Made by a program: the position numbers and the translations under genes
Shown here: one piece after another, positions 58,490 to 64,000 of the stretch
How the letters are laid out: every line of letters begins with the position of its first letter
Numbering within the stretch: position 1 is the stretch's first letter
NCBI GenBank assembly: GCA_963703345.1
Contig: OY969814.1
Coordinates: forward strand, 896,001-960,000
From: an uncultured Chloroflexia bacterium
Lineage (GTDB): Bacteria; Chloroflexota; Dehalococcoidia; DSTF01; JALHUB01
Length of the DNA: 64,000 nt
Direction: 5' to 3'
The notes under the pieces: model-generated
The model's database searches: none
Seen by the model: only the letters and a program-made list of their open reading frames with translations
Told to the model about the DNA's origin: nothing

Positions 58490-60493
58490 TCAGACTCCCA
58501 GGCCGAAAAGGCGCGCCGTCTGGTAGATCGCTATCGCGACGCCGAACGACACGACGAGCATGTAGCCCACCGCGAAGCCCGTCCAACGCCAGCTTCGCGT
58601 CTCACGGTAGAGCGTCACGGTGGACGCGGCGCAAGGGATGAACAGCATCTGCAGGGCGATGAAGGCCAGCGCCGCGGCCGGCGTCATGATGCCGGTCAGC
58701 GAAGTGCGCAGCGCGGAGTCGCCGTTGGCGCCGAGGAGGACGCCGAAGGTGGCGATGGTCTGCTCCTTGGCGACGAAGCTGGTGAGCAGGGCGACCATCG
58801 CCCGCCAGTCCAGCCCCATCATGCCGCCGATCGGCGCCAACCCCCGCCCGATGTGGCCGAGGAAGCTCGCCTCGATGCCGCTGCCGGGGAAGGTGGCAAG
58901 CGCCCACACGACCAGCGACACGGCGAGGATGACGGTGCCGGTCAGCGTAACGAAATGGCGCAGCCGCGTCAGCGTCGTCAGTAGGACGGAGCGCAAGTCG
59001 GGGACGTGATAGCGTGGCAGCTCCATGACGAACGACGACTCGCGTCCTCGAAACAGGAGCCGGCTTATGAGCAGCGCGACAACAGCGAGCACCGCGAGAT
59101 TGACCATCACCATGCCCCAGGCGACGAACGCCGCCGCGCTGCCGAAGAAGGCCGCGGTGAACAGAGCGATCACAACCATGCGCGCCGAGCAGGGCACCAG
59201 CGGCGCGACGAGGATCGTCGTCAGGCGGGCGCTCGGCGATTCGACGATGCGACTGCCGGTGATGGCCGGCACGTTGCATCCCCAGCCCACGAACAGTGGC
59301 AGGAATGACTTGCCGCGCAGGCCGATGAGGTTCATGAACCGGTCCATGACGAACGCGGCCCGCGCCATGTAGCCGACGTCCTCCAGAATGGTCAAGGCGA
59401 AGAAGAGGAGCGCCAGGATAGGAAGAAAGGTGAGCACGGTGCCCACACCGCCGATGACGCCGTCGCTAAGAAGGCTCACGCTCCAGTGCGGCCAGCCAGC
59501 AAGGAGGCTTTGCACTCTCGTTGCGCTCCCGCCCACCAGTTTGTCGTCCAGGAAGCGCTGCATCGGCACTGCGACGCTGAACATCAGCCAGTAGACGCCG
59601 AAGACCACGCCGACGAACGCCAGCACACCGCCGAGCGGATGCATCAGCAGGTGGTCGGCGCGCTTTGCCCAGGACGGCTCGCCCTTCTCGCGGCGCACGG
59701 CCTGATGGTAGACGGCGGCGGCCCAATCATAGCGGGCGCCGGCAATCTCTATCGCCGCGCCGTCGCGATGCCGGAGCACGTCTTCTATACGAAGCCGGAC
59801 GTCGGCCGAGGTCTCGGCTTTGACCGCCTCCGCCAGCGCGCGGTCGCCTTCGAGGAGCTTGACGAGCAACCAGTCGCGCGGATAGGGCAGGCTGAGAGCA
59901 GCGGGAAGGGTCTGGTCGAGGGCGTCGAGAAGGCCTTCCGTGTCGGGCTCCAGCGGCGGGTGAGCGACGGCTGGCGACGCTCCCGCTTCCGCAACGCGCT
60001 CGACGGCTTCGATAAGTTCCGAGATGCCCTTCCCCTGCCTGGCGACCAGCGGGACAACCGGCACAGCCAGCACCGACTCCAGCCGCTCGACGTCGACGCT
60101 GAGGCCGGCCGCCTGCGCGACGTCCATCATATTCAGGGCGATGACGGTGGGAAGGCCCAGCTCCAGGAGCTCGCGGACAAGGTAGAGGTTGCGCTCCAGG
60201 CTCGCAGCGTCAACAACGGCAACCACGACGTCGGGTCTCTCCATCGCCAGGAAATCGCGCGCGGTCTTCTCTTCGACCGAGTTGGCGGACAGGCTGTAGC
60301 TGCCCGGCAGGTCGATGAGCGAAAAGACGGTTCCATTGCGCCGGTGGACGCCGGTCTTTTTCTCTACCGTCTTCCCCGGCCAGTTCCCCGTGTGCTGTCT
60401 GAGGCCTGTCAGGGCGTTGAAGACCGTGCTCTTGCCGGTGTTGGGCGCGCCAGCAAGCGCCACGGTCAGCGTAGAGACCGGCCTGGCGATCAT
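58490..60493 (-). CDS. feoB: Ferrous iron transporter B
   Basis: GAPNTGKS, GNWPGKTVE, DLPGSY, NMMD, GYMARAAF, GCNVPA, PCSAR, FVAKE. Confidence 0.96.
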   Translation of the reverse strand: MIARPVSTLTVALAGAPNTGKSTVFNALTGLRQHTGNWPGKTVEKKTGVHRRNGTVFSLIDLPGSYSLSANSVEEKTARDFLAMERPDVVVAVVDAASLERNLYLVRELLELGLPTVIALNMMDVAQAAGLSVDVERLESVLAVPVVPLVARQGKGISELIEAVERVAEAGASPAVAHPPLEPDTEGLLDALDQTLPAALSLPYPRDWLLVKLLEGDRALAEAVKAETSADVRLRIEDVLRHRDGAAIEIAGARYDWAAAVYHQAVRREKGEPSWAKRADHLLMHPLGGVLAFVGVVFGVYWLMFSVAVPMQRFLDDKLVGGSATRVQSLLAGWPHWSVSLLSDGVIGGVGTVLTFLPILALLFFALTILEDVGYMARAAFVMDRFMNLIGLRGKSFLPLFVGWGCNVPAITGSRIVESPSARLTTILVAPLVPCSARMVVIALFTAAFFGSAAAFVAWGMVMVNLAVLAVVALLISRLLFRGRESSFVMELPRYHVPDLRSVLLTTLTRLRHFVTLTGTVILAVSLVVWALATFPGSGIEASFLGHIGRGLAPIGGMMGLDWRAMVALLTSFVAKEQTIATFGVLLGANGDSALRTSLTGIMTPAAALAFIALQMLFIPCAASTVTLYRETRSWRWTGFAVGYMLVVSFGVAIAIYQTARLFGLGV

Positions 60494-60744
60494 GTTCCCG
60501 ATTCCGATGCCGCTACTGTCAGCCGCATCGATTCGGCGCGACCAAGCGCCAGGCGCACGCCCCGGATCACAACGACCACGGGGCCGCGGCCGGCGTTCCG
60601 TTCCATCTCGATCCTGGTGCCCGGGATGCAGCCGAGCGCCAGACAACGCGCCGTGAACGTCCTTCCGCCCGAAAGACCGACGATCGTCCCCGTTTCGCCC
60701 GGCTTCAGCGATCCCACCGGCATTACGGTTTCAGCCGCTTTCAC
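60490..60744 (-). CDS. feoA: Ferrous iron transport protein A
   Basis: LKPGETGTIV..RCLALGCIPGTRI..GPVVV.IRG.RLALGR. Confidence 0.88.
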   Translation of the reverse strand: MKAAETVMPVGSLKPGETGTIVGLSGGRTFTARCLALGCIPGTRIEMERNAGRGPVVVVIRGVRLALGRAESMRLTVAASESGT

Positions 60745-61427
60745 TGTGTTGCTCCCAGGTTGGCCGTCGCGTCCGGCAGGCGTTCCACCATAACGCTTCC
60801 TGCCAGGTCGCTGGCCACTTCTTTCAGCTTGCCGTCGACGCGCACCCACACGGAGCCGTCCTCGGCGCTTACGCCTTCGACTTCGACGATGCGGTCGGGC
60901 CGCACGTCCAGGCGGGCGAGGCGTCGCAGGAACTCCGGCGTCTCGTCGTAGATGCGTACGATGCGCGCCGTCCCCGCCGGCTCGAAGCGGCTGAGCGGTA
61001 GGATCTGCGTCGAACTAACATCGTGCTTGCGGCCGGGTATCGCGTGGCCATGCGGGCAGGACGCCAGGTCGCCCAGGAAGTCGACGAGACGTTCCTCAAG
61101 CGCCGGTGACGTGGCGTGCTCCAGCCGGCCCGCTTCGTCGTGAACTTCATCCCAGGAAAAGCCGAGGAAGCGGACGAGGAAGCTCTCCCACAGGCGATGC
61201 CGCCGGATGAGCGAGTTGGCGAGCCGCTGCCCTTCGGGCGTGAGCCGGACCGGACGGCGCGGCACGTGCTCGATCAGTCCTCTGGCGGAGAGCCGTTGCA
61301 GCATCTGCGTTATCGACGGCATGGAGAGGCCAAGCCGCGCCGCCAGGTAGGAGGTGGTGACCTCATCGCCGTGCTCGGCGGCCAGGCCGATTATCTTGAG
61401 GTATTCCTCTGGTCGTTCTTCAATCAT
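60741..61427 (-). CDS. DtxR/MntR-family metal-dependent repressor with a C-terminal FeoA domain
   Basis: EEYLK, SMPSITQML, RRHRLWESFL, EAGRLEH, CPHGHAIP. Confidence 0.93.
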   Translation of the reverse strand: MIEERPEEYLKIIGLAAEHGDEVTTSYLAARLGLSMPSITQMLQRLSARGLIEHVPRRPVRLTPEGQRLANSLIRRHRLWESFLVRFLGFSWDEVHDEAGRLEHATSPALEERLVDFLGDLASCPHGHAIPGRKHDVSSTQILPLSRFEPAGTARIVRIYDETPEFLRRLARLDVRPDRIVEVEGVSAEDGSVWVRVDGKLKEVASDLAGSVMVERLPDATANLGATQ

Positions 61428-61438
61428 TGCCGTCTCAT

Positions 61439-61458
61439 CAATTAGGACATCCTAATTG
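61439..61458. promoter_or_regulatory. DtxR-type operator 1, overlapping the -10 region of the dtxR-feo promoter
   Basis: Palindrome CAATTAGGA-CA-TCCTAATTG; minus-strand TTGACT(61484-61479)-N18-GACAAT. Confidence 0.8.
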
Positions 61459-61516
61459 TCGCCCGAAACGCTCGAATAAGTCAAGCGACGCGTTGGAGTG
61501 GGAAGACGGGCGATAG

Positions 61517-61530
61517 TTAGGCCATCCTAA
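61517..61530. promoter_or_regulatory. DtxR-type operator 2
   Basis: TTAGG-CCAT-CCTAA, same TTAGG-N4-CCTAA core as operator 1. Confidence 0.7.
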
Positions 61531-61613
61531 TAGAATAGTCGGCAGGAGTTGCGGGAAGTAAAGGGTTCGGTGCGGCGAGATGAAGATCGCGGCGCCGGTT
61601 CGCGACGAGCGGC

Positions 61614-62312
61614 CTATTCGGTGACCAGGCGGTAGCCGACGCCCGGCTCCGTCAGAAGATGCCGCGGCTTCTGCGGGTCGGCCTCGATCTTGCGCCGCAG
61701 CCTGGCGACGTAGACGTGGAGGTAGTGCGCCTCCGACCCGTATTCCGGCCCCCATACCGCCTGGAGGAGCATCCGGTCTGTCAGCACCCTGTCCGGCTGA
61801 GCGGCTAGCGCCTTCAGGAGGTCGTATTCCGTCGGCGTCAGGTGGACCTCCTCGCCGGCGACGCTGACCCGACGGCGCGCTACATCGATCTCCAGATCGC
61901 CGCTTCGGAACTGCGGTTCGGCGCCGGAAGAAGGGCGAGCGGCGTGTCGCAGCGCCACCCTCACCCGCGCCAGCAGCTCTTCGACGCCGAACGGCTTCGT
62001 CAGGTAATCGTCGGCCCCGAGGTCCAGCGCCGACACCTTGTCGCGCTCCGCTCCGCGCACGGAGAGCACGACGATCGGCGTGCCGGCCCGCGCTCTGACC
62101 TCTCGGATGACCTCCGTTCCGTCGATGTCCGGCAAGCCGAGATCGAGGAGGATCAGGTCCGGCGGCCGCAGCACGTAGCTGTCGATGGCGTCGCCGCCGG
62201 TCTCCGCCGTCTCCACGTCGAAGCCGTGGCGGCTGAGGTTGGTCTTGAGCGCCCGCAAGATTCCCGGGTCGTCCTCGACGACGAGGATTCGCGCGCCCCT
62301 TCCCTGTGTCAT
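61614..62312 (-). CDS. kdpE: KdpE-like response regulator
   Basis: LDLGLPDIDG, KVSALDLGADDYLTKPFG, HYLHVYVARLRRKIE.DP..P..LLTEPGVGYR. Confidence 0.9.
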   Translation of the reverse strand: MTQGRGARILVVEDDPGILRALKTNLSRHGFDVETAETGGDAIDSYVLRPPDLILLDLGLPDIDGTEVIREVRARAGTPIVVLSVRGAERDKVSALDLGADDYLTKPFGVEELLARVRVALRHAARPSSGAEPQFRSGDLEIDVARRRVSVAGEEVHLTPTEYDLLKALAAQPDRVLTDRMLLQAVWGPEYGSEAHYLHVYVARLRRKIEADPQKPRHLLTEPGVGYRLVTE

Positions 62313-63892
62313 TCGCGGCTCTCCCTGGGCGCGGCGTCCAGCGGCAGCGTAAAGGCGAAGCGCGCGCCGCCCCCGTTGACGTTCTCCGCCCAGATGCGGC
62401 CGCCGTTGGCTTCCACCAGCCCCTTCGCGACGGCCAGGCCCAGGCCCATGCCCTTCGAGCGCGAGTCCCGCCGGTGCGCCCTGAAGAACGGATCGAAGAT
62501 GCGCTGAAGCTCCGCCGGCGGGACCCCGGGCCCCTTGTCGACGACCTCCACCTGTACTTCGCCGCCGATCCGCCGCGCCGAGACGCGGATCTCGGTCTCT
62601 GCCGGCGTGTGCTTGGCGGCGTTTTCGATGAGGTTGAACAGGACGTCGGCGATCTGCAGGTAGTCGACTGGCACCGGCGGCATGTCCTCTGGAACGATCG
62701 TCGCGATAGGATGCCCGGCGGTGAGTGGTCGCAGCCGGCCCAGCACGTCCTCGATTAGCGCGCCGATGTCGTGCCACTCCTTGTCGGGGCGGAGCGCGCC
62801 CGCTTCGATCCGCGACAGGTCGAGCAGGTTCGTGACCAGCCGGTTGAGGTAGCCCGCGTCCTCCTCGATGGCGTGCGCGAACTGGCGCCGCTCTTCCACC
62901 GTCCAGGCCACGTCCTCCTGCAAGAGGCTACCTGCCGAGGCTAGGATCGAGGCCAGCGGCGTCTTGAGGTCATGCGAAACGGCGTTCAGGAGCGCCGTCT
63001 TGAGCTCGTCGGTGCGCTGAAGGACCTCCGCTTCCGTCGCGACCTCTCGCAGCCGTGACCGCTCGACGGCGAGGCCTAGCTGGTTCGTCACGGCGAGCAG
63101 CAGGCGGTCGTCGGCGCTGCTCAGAGGATCGGCATCCGGCTCACTGACCAGGGTGAGATTGCCAACCTGACGCTCCTGCAACTGAATCGGCACTCTCTTC
63201 AGCCGGTCCTGCAGTGCGGACGACACGAACAGTCGCGGCGGCACCACCCGAACCCATCTTCCGCGCGGCGTCGTTCGTCCTTCCGCGACGCCCTGACTGA
63301 GAATGTGCGCGGGCGACGCCGCAGAGGAGTCCGCAATCCGCAGCGCCTCCGCTTCGCCGGCCTCCGCGCGTAGCGTCAACGGCGCCTGCGGGCCAAAGTC
63401 GACGACGACGGCCGCGACGCCGAGCTCCTCGCGCAGCCGCCCGGCAACCGAAATGAGCGCCTCGCGGATGTCGGGCGTCTGCATAAGGCGCACAACGTCG
63501 TAGAGGACCACCGCCTCCCTTCGCCGGCGCTCCGCCTCGCGCGCTCTTCGGCGCAGGGCCGCCGCCAGCTCGCCGGTAATGACGCCGGTCACCAGCAGCA
63601 CGCCCAGCGCCACCCACTCCTCGGCGTTCGACACGGTCAGCCGGTGGGTCGGAGCGATGAAAAAGTAGTCGAAGGCGAGAAAGGATGCGACGGACGCGAA
63701 TATGGCCGGCAAGCTGCCGAAGGCGATCGCCGTCAATAGCACCGCGAGCAGGTAGAGCATCGAGATGTTGCCGACGCTGGCTGCCTGCCTGACGAGCGCG
63801 ATGACGCTCGTCACGAGCGCTGTTAGGAGCAGCGCGACGGCATAGCCCACCCAGGCCCGTCGCGTGAGATAGTAGGACAGCCGCGCAGCCAT
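62309..63892 (-). CDS. kdpD: KdpD-like sensor kinase (DUF4118 TM, GAF, HK) lacking the N-terminal KdpD/Usp domains
   Basis: MLYLLAV..FDYFFIAP TM block, ALLNAVSHDLKTPLASI, NLLDLSRIEAG, GMGLGLAV. Confidence 0.82.
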   Translation of the reverse strand: MAARLSYYLTRRAWVGYAVALLLTALVTSVIALVRQAASVGNISMLYLLAVLLTAIAFGSLPAIFASVASFLAFDYFFIAPTHRLTVSNAEEWVALGVLLVTGVITGELAAALRRRAREAERRRREAVVLYDVVRLMQTPDIREALISVAGRLREELGVAAVVVDFGPQAPLTLRAEAGEAEALRIADSSAASPAHILSQGVAEGRTTPRGRWVRVVPPRLFVSSALQDRLKRVPIQLQERQVGNLTLVSEPDADPLSSADDRLLLAVTNQLGLAVERSRLREVATEAEVLQRTDELKTALLNAVSHDLKTPLASILASAGSLLQEDVAWTVEERRQFAHAIEEDAGYLNRLVTNLLDLSRIEAGALRPDKEWHDIGALIEDVLGRLRPLTAGHPIATIVPEDMPPVPVDYLQIADVLFNLIENAAKHTPAETEIRVSARRIGGEVQVEVVDKGPGVPPAELQRIFDPFFRAHRRDSRSKGMGLGLAVAKGLVEANGGRIWAENVNGGGARFAFTLPLDAAPRESRE

Positions 63893-64000
63893 GGCGATCT
63901 ACAGTATATTCCTGGCGTTTTTCCTGAGGAAATCGCCGAGAAGGAGAACGCTACCGAGGCGTCATTCGAAGCTACTCGGGGCCGGTGTCCGCGACGACGA

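Overview
High-GC bacterial chromosomal window; gene content and style suggest Chloroflexota/Dehalococcoidia (inference only). Left to right: MMPL and MFS transporters, a NarX/NarL-type two-component pair, an oxidative pentose-phosphate cluster (tkt-rpiB-tal/pgi-gnd-pgl ... zwf) interrupted by a complete nuoA-N operon with fused nuoCD, Zn-ADH/YihY/ABC genes, an ALDH::Fe-ADH fusion plus HesB-like gene, a group 3b (sulfhydrogenase-type) hydrogenase operon, surface proteins with Pro/Thr repeats, an OmpR/BaeS pair with MacAB-like ABC and GT39 genes, an NHL-repeat lipoprotein, a double-cubane cluster reductase (DCCP) with its ATP-dependent activator, feoABC with a DtxR regulator, and kdpDE. Many single-base indels at about 10.1 kb, 14.1-17.3 kb and 39.2 kb look like read or consensus errors. 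Two selenium signals missed by the ORF track stand out. (1) The hydrogenase large subunit has an in-frame TGA at the FIRST Ni-ligating Cys of the N-terminal L1 motif (RI-U-GIC), followed by a SECIS-like hairpin: a candidate [NiFeSe] enzyme with Sec at a non-canonical position. (2) A 34-codon upstream ORF (MTSLRGFT-U-VCPD...) in the structured leader of the DCCP operon has a strong SD, an in-frame TGA and a SECIS-like hairpin of identical geometry: a candidate selenocysteine-sensing leader-peptide attenuator.
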